Below, piece after piece: positions 38,335-50,877 of a stretch of DNA of 64,000 nt. The notes under the pieces are model-generated. The model did no database searches and was not told the origin of the DNA. It saw only the letters and a program-made list of their open reading frames with translations. The DNA is from the human T2T-CHM13v2.0 reference genome, Homo sapiens: the NCBI RefSeq assembly GCF_009914755.1, contig NC_060929.1, one strand, 5' to 3'. Position 1 is the first letter of the stretch; each line of letters starts with the position of its first letter. The translations under genes and the position numbers were made by a program.

Positions 38335-38640
38335 GCCTGTAACATCACAATGTTGGCTCCTTATCATGATTCAGGTCTCCATCGAATGTCTTCTCTTTGG
38401 AGACATCTTCCCTGACCACCCCTCATCCTATCAGTGCTGCTCATTTTATTTCTCAGAACTTAACACATATCTGAAATTATCTTATTCATTTTATTTGACT
38501 CATTTATCATCCGGATTCCCCACTGAAATGCAAGACCTAAGAGAATAAGTGCCATGTCTGCTTAGTTTATTGCAATATCTTTAGTACCTAATTCAGTGCC
38601 TGGATCTTGAAATAAGATCAGTAAAAGTTTGCTGAATGAG
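38335..38640 (+). mobile_element. L2 3' fragment
   Basis: 'atcttccctgaccacc...tagtacctaattcagtgcctgg...gtttgctgaatga'. Confidence 0.6.
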
Positions 38641-39114
38641 GTTTGCAATGTGTGAGATAAGTTAAGTCCCCAGGTTTTTGGGGTGTGTGTGTGTAGTTCT
38701 TTTCAGAGCAATCAGTTAATGGATTAAATAGTATTGATTATCTGTGGCAGGCACTGTGCCAGGCTCTGGGAAAACAAAAATGAGCAGAAAAAAAGCATTG
38801 CCTGCAGCCTCATGGAGCTTCCAGCAGCCTGGCAGAGCCATAGTAAATAATCTCACCAACAGACTTTCACTGTGCTAAAAACTCTGAAGGAAAGACACAT
38901 GGAGGTATGAAAGTGTATTATCTGGGGATCTGATCACTTCGGGGAACACAGGTGAAACTTCTCTGAGCTGAGATCCACAGGAGAAGCCACTGTGGGCCTC
39001 AGGGATCTCTGAGAAGCATAGATGCTGTGGCTATGACTTCAAATTTTTCATGGAGCTTCTTGTGGAAAGAAACACATTTTGGCAAAAGCAGAACTAGTAC
39101 AACCTTCTCAAGCA

Positions 39115-39435
39115 CTGGGGCTTAGCTGGGTTCAGAACCTGGATAAGATGAGCAGCTGCTCCATGACAGAACTAGGGTTTTGTATTTATCATGACACATG
39201 TGGGTAAAAAGGGAATGCTACCTACTTAACAGGGCTGCTATGAGAAGGAAAAGTTATTGTCCATGAAATGCTTAGCACAGTGTCTGGTACACAAGAAGTG
39301 CAAAATACTTGGTAATAATTATCATCAGACTTCAAATTTGTGAGGGTATAATGTGAATACTCTCCCACACACAGAGAATAGACAGTATAGAACCTTACAC
39401 AGAGCAGGACCTCAATAAGTTTGTATTGAATAAAT
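39115..39435 (+). mobile_element. MIR plus L2 tail
   Basis: 'tacctacttaacagggctgctatgagaagg...gcttagcacagtgtctggtacaca'. Confidence 0.6.
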
Positions 39436-40139
39436 AAGTGCTGGTTGCCTTGGTGACACACCATTTTGAATCTGACCAAACATTTTCACCAAAGATGGAC
39501 ACAGTAAATAAGTAGAAATGAACTAGGCCAGTTCCTTTTGTCAGCTGTCTCAGGACTGGTAGCTGACATTAATTATTGATATTACAGGGAGGGAGATTCT
39601 TGCCAGCCAAGGACACTTGGCAGCTTGAATGTAAGGAATTCGGTCTGATGCTCGGTTTTAAACTAAAGATAAGTGAGAAGTGGGAGGACCCAGAGGATTC
39701 GATGATTTTATGCATCAATAATACTTGCCATAGGAAGGCTCAGCCAGAGTCCGGGAATAGCTGCTACTGAAATGGCATTTTCCTTTTCATTGAAATCCAC
39801 ATGCTTGATTTGTGCATGTGACTTCTCAGCTGCTACCATAATAGAGGAAGTGGTTTTGAATTAACACTAATCAACCTGAATCTCCAGGGGCAACTTGTAC
39901 CTGAAAACCTCCAAGTCCTTTGTAAACAGCAGTTAAGCTTCCCTGTCTCCTGAGGGATGAGCTTCTGGATTTTTGCTTAAATCAAGCAGAATTGTAGGAA
40001 AGAGGTTGCAATTATGAGCAAAGTGGGTGTCAGACAGGATAATTTCTCATCATAAATCCAGGCTTGAAAAGGGCCAAAAATAATCTGAAAGTCCCCAAGA
40101 TATTTTGCCCACCAAAGTTCTGCCACAAGCCCCCGCCAC

Positions 40140-41275
40140 GTGTCAGATGAAGGATGATTGGAAATTACAACAGCCGTTCTGGAGGGCAATTTAGCCATAA
40201 CTGTTATAATAAGCAGACCCTTCAACTCAGCAATTCTGCATCAATGCATTTTTACTAGAGAAATCCTGGCACATGTGCTGAGGAGTAAGCAAGTACCCCC
40301 ATTGCTGTGTCATCTGCAGAAGTGAAAGTCTGGGAGCGATCTCGAGGTGTACTCATCAGGAGGAGAATGATTAAATAGGTAGTGGAATAGCATGCAGCAA
40401 CTAAAGAGAATGAAGTTGACCCCCATGTATTGTCATGGAAAACTAAGATTGTTAAGCGAAAAAAGCAAATTTGCAGAAGCATATGTGCACTATGCCATAT
40501 GTAGTGGTTTTAAAATACATACAGAAGTTCTTCGATACTCTTTCCCTTATGAGATGCAGCTTAATTCGCCTCCACTTGAGTTTGGGCCAGACTTAGTAAT
40601 TCATTTCTAGTGGACAGAATATGGCATAAATGACAAGGTGCCACTTCCAAGACTAGGTAATAAAAAGGTATTGTGGCTTCCTTCTTGATCTCTCTCTTTC
40701 ATTCTTTTACTCTCCCATCACTCACTCTAGAGGATGCCAACTACTGTGTTTTAAGGACACTCCAGGAACCCTGTGGAGAAGCCCATGTGGCAGCCTCCTG
40801 TCAATAGCCAGTGATGGACAGAAGACTCCAGGCAACAGCTGTGTTGGTGAGCCATGATGGAAGCACTTCCTCCAGTCCCAGTCAAGCTTCCAAATGACTG
40901 TAGTCCTGGCTTAGACCCTGACTACAACTTCAGGAGAGATCATGAACTAGAACCCCCCAGAGCTTAGTGCCCTTGGATTGCTCACTCTCAGAAAGTGTGA
41001 GAGATAGTAAATATTTGTTATTTCAAGTCACTGTTCATGGCAGCAATTGACAACAATACACCGTTTATATAAACATAAATTTTTAAATAACTTAACAATA
41101 CACACATGGAGACAAATGTTTAGAGAAAGGTTTGGCAGGAGATGTGCCATAGTGATGAAGGGGTTACCTCTGAGAAGTGGAGAGGAGAGGGATGGAGGGT
41201 GGGGATAAGATTAGCTTCACCTGTTGTGTCTCTATTTTTGTTATACATGCATTCATACATGCATTACTGACATAA
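40140..41275 (+). mobile_element. Old L1ME-like fragment split by an MLT1F LTR
   Basis: 'cagccgttctggagggcaatttagc...cccttcaactcagcaattct' on the left and 'gggttacctctgagaagtggagagg' on the right. Confidence 0.55.
40500..41060 (+). mobile_element. Solo MLT1F-like MaLR LTR
   Basis: 'tgtagtggttttaaaatac...ttcttcgatactc' through 'cagcaattgacaacaataca'. Confidence 0.8.
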
Positions 41276-42564
41276 TTTTAGAAAGCACTAAAAGGGAAGA
41301 AATACAATGTAAAATTCTACTACTTTGGAATTTCATGGCAAGTCAGATAAAGCTGAGGTTTACCTTTGATCACCTTCAAGTAAAAGGGTTGCTTAGCAAA
41401 CTCATTTAATAATAAACAAGGTTATCAGCGGAGCTCTCCAACCTACTTAAGAAAGCCAACTCCTGTCAGTTACTCTTAAAAATCACCTTAGCATAAGTCA
41501 TATATAATAAATGATCATTTTTACTCATGTTTCTTATCTATTATTAAAGCAGGTCAAAGAGACCTTTCTTTGGACAACACCAATTGGCAATATTTGTATT
41601 CCCAAAGAGCATCCAAATTATTTTGAAAATGACAAAGATAAGCTCTACTGAAAAAGCCAAGTTATATATTAATGCACTGTGGTTTCATCAAATGGTTTAA
41701 AATCAAAGAGGTTTTGTTGTCAGGTAAGGTTATGGAAAAGGTATTTTAAAAGTAAACTTTGTATTGGATTTCTTTTAGGCTTGTGCTAATTTGTTTTTCA
41801 ACTTCGAGCCTGGGGGTCTGCATCATTTAATAGCAGTTCCAAGGCAAGGACCCTGATCCTCGTCTGTGGCTAGACTGGCTGCAGGCACCAAAGCTTATGC
41901 ATTTTCAGTGGAATTGGGTCCAGAGCTTAGCTGCAAAATGCCTTCTGGGTGACTGACCAGAAATTCAATCACAGCACATTCATTTCAAAAATCCCTTTCA
42001 TGTATCATTTAAAAGCAGCCTGCATACTTACATTTGCATATCTCTGACCCTGGATTTTGGAAATGCAGGAGAAGAATGGATTGCTGTTTAATTTTCAGGA
42101 TGATGGGAAGGAACAAACCAGAGGCATTTCCTTCTCTTGACTACTGAGTAGATTTAGTACTTCTGAAAGATTCTGAATCAGTAGTTTTGTAACATAAGCC
42201 GCTGTTCCATAGAGCTTGGGAATAAGAATAACTAACATTTATAGGGCATTTTATACCCTACAAAGTGGGTTACCATTCATTGCCTCATTTAATGGGCAGA
42301 GGGGCTCTTAATTATCCTTTCTGATGAGGGGACAATGATTCTTTCAATCCCAGCATCTGCAGAGATTACTCTGGTTTTCCTTTCATATGGACACACTAAA
42401 GAAATAATGATACTGCATGCTAGCTTCCTCAGCCTGGGAAAGAATACACTACGGCAGATGTGAGGTTTCTTCATTTTCCCCATGCTGCAGTGTGTATTCC
42501 AAGTTTCTTTCGATTAACTGAAAAGTATATGTGAATCTTTTCTGCAGGAAGACAGGAAAGTTAA

Positions 42565-42810
42565 AAGGTAGCCTCTGGGATGCCTGGGTTTGAATCCTAG
42601 CTCTGTCATTTTCTGGCTGCAAAGTCTTAAGCAAATTATTTTTCTGTTAGATATTTAAAACCCTTTAACTTATCAGTTTTCTTATCTGAAAAATGGGGCT
42701 GATAATAATAGTACCAGCATCACATGGTTTCCATGAGAATTAAATGAGTGAATTCATGTCGTGTACTTAAAAGAATGCCTGATGCATAGTCAACATTCAG
42801 TGACTGTTGT
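42565..42810 (+). mobile_element. MIR SINE
   Basis: 'gcctgggtttgaatcctagctctgtca...tcagttttcttatctgaaaaatggggctgataataatagtacc...gagaattaaatgag'. Confidence 0.8.
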
Positions 42811-42859
42811 TTGTATGTGCAGTGAGCTGCATTTTAGGCTGGATGGGTAACAAGGCACA

Positions 42860-43600
42860 TCCACCATTCATTCAATTACTGCACAGCTCTCTGCCAGGCA
42901 GGCTGAAGCTCCAAGGATATGTCAAATGTGGTTCCTCTCCTTGCAACACTTACATTCTGGTGGAGGAGGCAGACAAATTAAGATTAAGGAGGGTAGACAA
43001 TGGAGAGTGGAGCTAGAGAATGAAGCTCTGAGTGAGAGTGGGGTTTTCTTGTTTTTAGGATGTGAAAGGCCAGCCTTTCAAAACACATGGGGAAGAACAG
43101 TCCTGGTGGAGGGAAGATCAGGAGTGAGGGCTTGAAGGAGGAGAGAGCATGGCAAGTGTGAGGAACTGACAGGCAATGGAATTGGGGGCTGAGTGGAGAG
43201 GGAGGGAGGTAGGCAGGTTGCCCAGGCCATGGTGGAATGTGACAGTTTTGTGCTGTGTACAAAGGGAAGCCACAGAAGGTTTAGAAGTAGAGCGGGAACA
43301 TGGTTTTATATAAATTTATGACATTTAGTGAAAACTTTATATAATGGTATCACATATAAATATCTATTGCATACACATATTTAAAGATAGTACTGGCTGC
43401 CATGTAGGGTGAGGATTGTGGAACGGAGGGACCACAGTAGGAACACAAAAATAGAAGAAAGAGACACATACCAGCAGAGAACTACAACTGCTTTGGAGTT
43501 TAAAGGAAAATGGGTGGAAGGCGAGAGATGGAAGCCCCATTTGAGGTGACTTTGAAGAGGACATTGTTTTGGACATGCAGGGGTGTCTGGAAAACATAGA
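42860..43600 (-). mobile_element. L2 fragments
   Basis: 'ccattcattcaa...cacttacattctggtggaggaggcagaca' and the purine-rich L2 body. Confidence 0.55.
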
Positions 43601-46074
43601 TGGCCTCACTAGTTGCTATGTGTCTTGCACAGAGGACATAGGGGTCTTCCCTGGAGTGTCCCAAATTTAATATATGGATCTCTGAAATCTGTACAAACAT
43701 GCGATATGGGGGAAGGAAAGAATACAAGAATATTGCTTGTATCCCAAATCACACTGGTACTTAGACTATCCTGTGGAACCAAACTGCAAGAAAGTTCCAG
43801 AAATAACCAGTGACTTGATCTGCATCCAAGTGGAACCCTTTGCCCTGACATCACCTTGGCTTTTGAAGGCCAAGAAAACCTACAGGGTTTAAACTTCCAT
43901 TTTCCACAAAGCTTTGAGGCCAAGCGGAACTCTTCCATGCACCTTGAAGGCTTGGTCGCCTGAAATGAAGCTGAGTAGACATAAGGAGATGTCCAAAGGA
44001 AAACAACCAAGGAAGGACATGAAACCTCTCAGCTACTCAGACCTGTCCAGATATGGAGCTTGGCATTGTGATGCTATTCCTCAGTTGATTTTGCTCACAT
44101 TATGGTTCTGTTTATGTGATATTCTTTGTGACAGGCCACCCCTTCCTCTCAACATTAACATCAGTGATGTCTGCTTTCTCTGGAGTTACTCATACAAGCA
44201 TTCTCCTTGGCTTAGAGATTTACAAATGATAGATAACCAAAATTTCAATGATTGCCCCAAAGGCTCAATCTGTAGCAGCAAAAGCAACAGGTGAACTAGC
44301 ACCAGAGGAGCTAGGTTTCAGTCTCAGCTCTACCATGAAACAGCTTTGTGATCTGGGGCAAGAACCCTCATTCTTTGAATTTCTCTTTCCTCTTGGCTAA
44401 AAGTTACCAACATTACCTCAAAGGCTTGTTATGAGGATTCATTATGACATCTGTCCAAGTATTTTATTAAATTAATAAAATACAAATACGGCACTATCAT
44501 GATGAAATAACAGCAAATGTTTACATGACATTTAAAAATATTTAAATATTTTCACGAGCTATATTTCATTAGCCAATTCACTAATGAATGAGTTCCCCAT
44601 TAAGTTGGCTCCATGAGACGCCACAAACTTTGTCTGATTTTTCCCCATCCTGAATCCTTAGCATCTAAAGAAGTACCAGTACCTAGTAGGAGCTTAATAC
44701 CTACGGGTCAAATGAAAGAAAGGAAGAATGAACAGAAACCACTCTGGGGAATGGAAGGACACTGGTTTGCAGAAGACAGAGAATATCTTCTGTAGGTCAT
44801 AGGAATAATCCTGAGCAACAGAAAAATTTAGTTATCCTACAAACTAAAATTTCACAGCTACATTTATGATAGCACAGGCCCTAATCCTGTCTCTACAGAC
44901 CCCTAGGTTTTTTTACTTCCAATCCCTGCCCTCTCTTACATGGAATTTTTTTTTTCCCAAATGGAATTAAAACCTAATACTTTCCTAATGCAGTCTTTCA
45001 GTTCTCTTCTTAAGCCATCTGCTCTTTTATCTACAAAAACTTACTTATTTTATTTGAAAACTTTTAATTAGATGCTTCCAGGCAGTGGCTGAGTTAAGTT
45101 TAGAAGCTTCAAGCTTGTCTCATACTCAGCAGCTGCAGTAAGGAAATAAGGCTTATGATTTAAATTCATTATTATCTCCATGTTGATGTCATTTTTCTCC
45201 CTTGCTATTGCATTGTTCCAGGAAGTTACATAAGGCTTAAGAACCACCAGACTAATAATATTGCTTCTTAGAAATGACCTTTCAGGGAATTTTCCTTATG
45301 TGATCAGATGCTGGTAAAGCTATGATAATAAGTAATATACTTCCCCTCTACCTCACCTTTTATCTGAAGATTACTGAAAGCTTTGCAAACATTAATTAAG
45401 CCAACCTCATAACACTCAGGGAAAAAGGAATTATCCATCGCAGAAAACTAAAACTGAGTTTAAAGGCACATTACTGACATGTTTAGAGTCAGCCAATCAG
45501 CAACAGAATTCTGATTGTTCTGTCCCCACCTTCACCCCCACCTCCCCTGTGGGCTTAAGAAACTCTTACTTATCCTCCAAGACTCTGCTCAGGCATCACC
45601 TCTAGAAAGCTCTCCTTGCCTCCACCTTCCAAGTTGAATTAGGTGCATCCCTTCCTGTTGCACTCTCAACATCCTCTGCAGGTATCTTCATCTATACACA
45701 CCCTATTCTTCATAATAACATATATTAATGAAGTGTCCATATGGGTGGGTCTGACTGGCAAATCCATTTCTTCCCTTTTTTTTTTTTTCATTTGTGACGG
45801 AGGGTATAAGAACAGGAAGTGCTGGTATCATAATTATTTTGAATCTATATTAATTTATATAAAAGAGCAAAACATTTGTCAACTCCAGTGCTTTAGTTGT
45901 TGTTAGTAGTTATTGTGATGTCTTACAGTTATATGATGTGCCAATAGTGTATTACAATATCATATTTGTGCCTTCCCATCCTATGACACAACTCTGAAGA
46001 CAGTGAGAGCATCTGATAATCTTAAATAACTTTTGGGTAACAAGAAAGGTGTGTTTGTTTAGAAGCTAAATCTG

Positions 46075-46405
46075 CTTCCTATATTATGTAAAAATTAAAT
46101 GATAATTGCATACAAAGCATTTAGCACAGCATGTAACACACAGTAAACACGAATAAATTCAGCTGTTGTGTAATAACATCAATAATTACTATTTATTGAG
46201 TGCATATTATGTGTTAGGAACTATGCCAAGTGCTTTATATGTACCCTCTTAATATTCCTGGCAACCCTATAAGGTATTGCTTTAATCTCTATTTTGCAGA
46301 TGAAGGAACTGAAGTATATGGAATTTTTATAATTTTCACTGCATAGCTAGTAAGTAGAAAATTAAGCTTGTCTGCCTCCAGAGTTCAGCAAACTATACTG
46401 CCTCT
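46075..46405. mobile_element. Tail-to-tail MIR pair
   Basis: Plus-strand tail 'aaagcatttagcacagc' followed by minus-strand 'tatttattgagtgc...attttgcagatgaaggaactgaag'. Confidence 0.65.
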
Positions 46406-46852
46406 ATTTAAGCAAACAAGCAGCATTTATTAAGTGTCTTTGTGGCCACCATGTGCTATTATGGGATGAAATGAACTCTCTGCTCTCCAGCAACTCATAC
46501 TCTTGCTGGAAAAGACAGGCAAGATACCCAAGTGGAAGATGTGAGGTGATAAGACTGTATGTGATGAATTATCAAACTAAACAATTTAAAGCAAATATGC
46601 TCTAGATTTAAAGGAGGAAGAGACTGAGGAGCTGCAAGTCAGAAGAGACCTCAGAAGTTAAGGTGCACCTGGAATTATTAGTATGGTCTGCATGCTCTGC
46701 TGTGATTTTGTGGGTGAGGGATGCATTGGAAATACCTGGCTGAGGGGAGGGGTGCTTTTTCAAACTTCACTCTCACCCACCCTTGACTCGCATAGTTGAA
46801 AAATTGCTGTTGAAGTTTACCAGGGGTATTGAAGAAAATATTTGAGGGTTGT

Positions 46853-47659
46853 CCCATCAAAAAGTGGGCAAAGGATATGAACAGACAGTTCTCAAAGAAG
46901 ACATTTATGCAGCCAAAAAACACATGAAAAAATGCTCATCATCACTGGCCATCAGAGAAATGCAAATCAAAACCACAATGAGATACCATCTCACACCAGT
47001 TAGAATAGCGATCATTAAAAAGTCAGGAAACAACAGGTGCTGGAGAGGTTGTGGAGAAATAGGAACACTTTTGCACTGTTGGTGGGACTGTAAACTAGGT
47101 CAACCATTGTGGAAGTCAGTGTGGCGATTCCTCAGGGATCTAGAACTAGAAATACCATTTGACCCAGCCATCCCATTACTGGATATATACCCAAAGGATT
47201 ATAAATCATGCTGCTATAAAGACACATGCACATGTATGTTTATTGCGGCACTGCTCACAACAGCAAAGACTTGGAACCAACCCAAATGTCCAACAACGAT
47301 AGACTGGATTAAGAAAATGTGGCACATATACACCATGGAATACTATGCAGCCATAAAAAATGATGAGTTCATGTCCTTTGTAGGGACATGGATGAAGCTG
47401 GAAACCATCATTCTCAGCAAACTATCACAAGGACAAAAATCCAAACACCACAAGTTTTCACTCATAGGTGGGAATTGAACAATGAGAACACATGGACACA
47501 GGAAGGGGAACATCACACACTGGGGACTGTTGTGGGGTGTGGGAAGTGGGGGGTGCAGCACACCAACATGGCACATGTATACATATGTAACAAACCTGCA
47601 CGTTGTGCACATGTACCCTAAAACTTAAAGTATAGTAATAATAAAATTTAAAAAAAAAA
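46853..47659 (+). mobile_element. 5'-truncated primate L1PA (PA3/PA4-like): ORF2p C-terminus, 3' UTR and polyA
   Basis: ORF 46849-47478 matches the L1 ORF2p C-terminus including the CCHC motif [18 protein letters not shown], ending ...LIGGN*; A-tail; perfect 21-bp TSD aagaaaatatttgagggttgt at 46832-46852 and 47660-47680. Confidence 0.97.
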
Positions 47660-47689
47660 AAGAAAATATTTGAGGGTTGTAACTGTCTG

Positions 47690-47850
47690 GATTTTGTAGT
47701 CAGATTGCCTGAGCTGAAATTTTGGCCATGTCTCATTTCTTTTTTAACCTCAGTTTTCTGATCAATAAGATGGAAAATAATAATTACAGTATGAGGAGAT
47801 GTTTGTAAAACACCTAGCATGGTGCCTGGTGTGTAACATGTTTAATGTGT
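47690..47850 (+). mobile_element. MIR SINE
   Basis: 'aacctcagttttctgatcaataagatggaaaataataat...cacctagcatggtgcctgg'. Confidence 0.65.
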
Positions 47851-48344
47851 GATAATTTAGTAATGTTTCCCTGGCTTGATGAGGGATAAAAAAAGATGGG
47901 ACTCACTAATCTAGGATGTTTGTCAGATAGCAAACCGCATTGAGCTCTCTGCAGAGTGTATGTGGGAATGATGGCAGAGAAGGGCTGTAGGAGGAGCTGA
48001 CAAGCACTACATTTCCAATCTGTCTTGGGACCTAAACCTTCCAGCCTGAAGACATCTTAGCATCTTAGCCTGACAGTATTTCTTAAACAGCTCTGACTCC
48101 AAATGGCCACTCAAACATAATGGAATGATATGATTTCATACAACATGCTCTTGGGACTGGTAGAATTCCTTTAATGGACAAAATGTTAAAGAAAAAAGTT
48201 ACTGATATTGGCTAAAACAAAAGAACAGTTTACTGCAGAATATAGAATAATCTTTCATAGATTTTAGGAAGCAACAATAAGCAGTTATGAACAACGTGGA
48301 CTCAATGGGAAGACTACACTTGAATTCACTCACTTCAGCATTCT

Positions 48345-48485
48345 CTGAAGGCATCAGTTTCCCCATCTATTAAATGGAGAAGAAAATAGTACCGAAAGCT
48401 GCACAGAAGGCAGTTATGAGGATTAAATGAGATAGTGAATATAAAACACATAACACAGTTCCAGGCATACAGTCAGCACTCAGTT
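48345..48485 (+). mobile_element. MIR SINE
   Basis: 'tcagtttccccatctattaaatggag...gttatgaggattaaatgagata'. Confidence 0.7.
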
Positions 48486-49349
48486 CTGTTCACTACTCTT
48501 TCTATTCAAGGTGCTGTGCTAAGATTTTGGGTAATAGAGATGAAAAATATCTAAGCATTCTCACAACAGTTTTTAGTAGTTATTTCTTACATATCTACAT
48601 ACTCTTTGGGAACAGATTTCTGGTCTAATCCATTCTATTCATCTCCATATATCCAGAGTCAGGCACAGAACTTGAAGTACAGTCTGTGCTTAACAGTTGT
48701 GACTTGAATAAATAAATAGGGATGCACGGCACCCAACCATCATGCTTAAGAAACTCATAGGAATGAAGACAGGCACCTAGACAAGTAATTATAATGCAGT
48801 GTAATTGTTGTGGTCAAGAGGCTGTGGATTCATAGAAGGCCTGGGCGACTAGCATCATTGTCCTGGAAGCAAACCAGACCAAGTCCAGGTCTGCCCTGCT
48901 TCAGGCTGGTAGGTAATAAGGAACATGTGTGGAATATCACCAACATCTGACTACGGTCACTTTGAGTTCTCTAGTTGAGCCTCTGTCATTTGGCTAATGT
49001 GCCCCGCACATCAGTGGAGTGACCTGTGACCCGCCTGGCTCCAAGAGCAGCTCTGTGAGCCTGTTTTGCTAGATTTCTGCCTGGAGCACTTGGCCATAAC
49101 AAAGTGGAGAGGAGAGAAATCAATAACAACCTGAACTGAACGCACAGTTAAAACATCAGCCTTCAACTCTGGAATCACACCCTTGTCACTGGCATCCAAA
49201 GTGCTTTTGCTCCACGACCTGCTCAGGGTCTAGTAAGCAAACATGAAGGAGGAAATGGAAATAGCTCCAGGGCACAGACAGGGAAATGTGCTATTTGATA
49301 AACGGGAACCCACCAAGGGACAGCTTCCTAGCGTATAGGATAGAAATAA

Positions 49350-49560
49350 CGCAGCTGGTTCAAATGCTGGTTGAGGATCTTCCGGTATGTTTCTCAACCT
49401 CTCTGAGCCTCTGGTTTCTTGTTTGGAAAGGATGATGATGATGATAATCTTACCCAAGAGTGGTATGACTCTTTTGGCAATTCAGTAAGCATTAATGCAT
49501 GTGACATACCCAACACACGAACTGACTCTTGGCTGGTGCTCAATAAATGGTAGCTTATTA
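49350..49560 (+). mobile_element. MIR SINE
   Basis: 'aacctctctgagcctctggtttc...gtgctcaataaatggtagc'. Confidence 0.65.
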
Positions 49561-49764
49561 CAACTGCTTTTCTGCTGCTCATAAGGAGGTAAGCAAGACC
49601 AAATGCAGTGAAAATAATTTATTAGCCACAGAAATAAAAGCTACAGCAATTTAGGTTTCCCACAGTTCTGTTAAAAGAATGCTTACCAAGCACCTGTCAT
49701 GTGCCACCTGCTATGTTAAGGACTGGGACCCAAAAATGAGTTAAGACAAGGACCCTTCTTTCCA

Positions 49765-50044
49765 AAGGTCTTGCTCTGTCTCTCAGGCTGGAATGCACTG
49801 GTGCTATCATGGCTCACTGCAACTTTGACTTTATGGACTCAAGTGATCCTACTGTCTCAGCCTCCCAAGTAGGTGGGACTACAGGCATGTGCTACCATGC
49901 CTGGCTAATTTTTATATTTTATTTTTTGTAGAGGGGGGTCTCACTATATTGCACAGGCTAGTCTTGAACTTCTGCCCTCAAACTATCTTCTTGCCTTGGC
50001 CTCCCAAAGTGCTGGGATTACAGGTGTGAGCCACTGATCCTGGC
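49765..50044 (-). mobile_element. AluJ lacking its A-tail
   Basis: Reverse Alu from 'ggtcttgctctgtc' to 'gccactgatcctggc', with no poly-T before it. Confidence 0.88.
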
Positions 50045-50820
50045 AACAATTTTAATATAATTATTAAAAGGAATTTCACAGAAAAGAGAAACGTACAGGT
50101 GGCAGAACACACAGAGAGGGGCAACCAGCTCAACACAGAGAAGATGGAAGCTGGTTTGAGTCTGAAGGACTTCATGGAGCCAGCCCCATGACGGAAAGTG
50201 GAAGGGGCACTCCAGCTGTGGGCTGTAGGGACCTGAGTCTGGAGGGGGGTGGGCAGGCACCAGATGACAAAAGCCTTGTGGGCCCACTTTTGAAGGAATT
50301 TACCCTGAGAAGCCAGGAGCCACTGAAGATTTTTAAGTAGGAACAGATTTACATTTGGATATATCACTTTGGCTTTAGGGTGGAATGAAAGTTATTATTT
50401 CGCAGGAGTATTTAGGGCGCTATTTCTTCATTCCTTTCCAACTCAAGCAAATACACAAGTCTATTGCCTCTTCTGGATGGCTCAAGTCAGTAATTATACA
50501 ACCAAACATAACTTTTGGACCCAGAATCATTCCCCTAATGGATAAAATGTTTTAAGCAGGCATCTCTCAGCTCTCATGCTCCATTTCCCCAGAGTCCTTA
50601 TCCCTTGATCACATACTTGTCTACTTCTGCTGCACCTGCAAGAGTGAGTTCATTACTCTCCATTATACATCTCCATTCAGTCATAGGCAACCTCAGTGGG
50701 AATGTCACAGGTCCCAGGCCTTTTGGTGGCTGCTACAGTTAAGATAATTTAAGTCCTTCTAATCTCAAGAGGTGATCTTGCTAGCCAAGAGATGTCTCTT
50801 TATGGAACATCTCTATCCCG

Positions 50821-50877
50821 AGAGAGAGAGAGAGAGAGAGAGAGAGATACACGCACACACACACGCACACGCACACG
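50821..50877. repeat. Compound (AG)n-(CA/CG)n microsatellite
   Basis: agagag...agatacacgcacacacacacgcacacgcacac. Confidence 0.95.

Noticed and set aside
37762-38367. 201-aa minus-strand ORF as a novel gene
   Set aside because: It lies within an L2a fragment and carries decayed L2 ORF2 motifs, so it is a repeat-derived frame.
46849-47478. 209-aa ORF as a host CDS
   Set aside because: It is the C-terminus of L1 ORF2p in a 5'-truncated insertion without promoter, endonuclease or RT domains.
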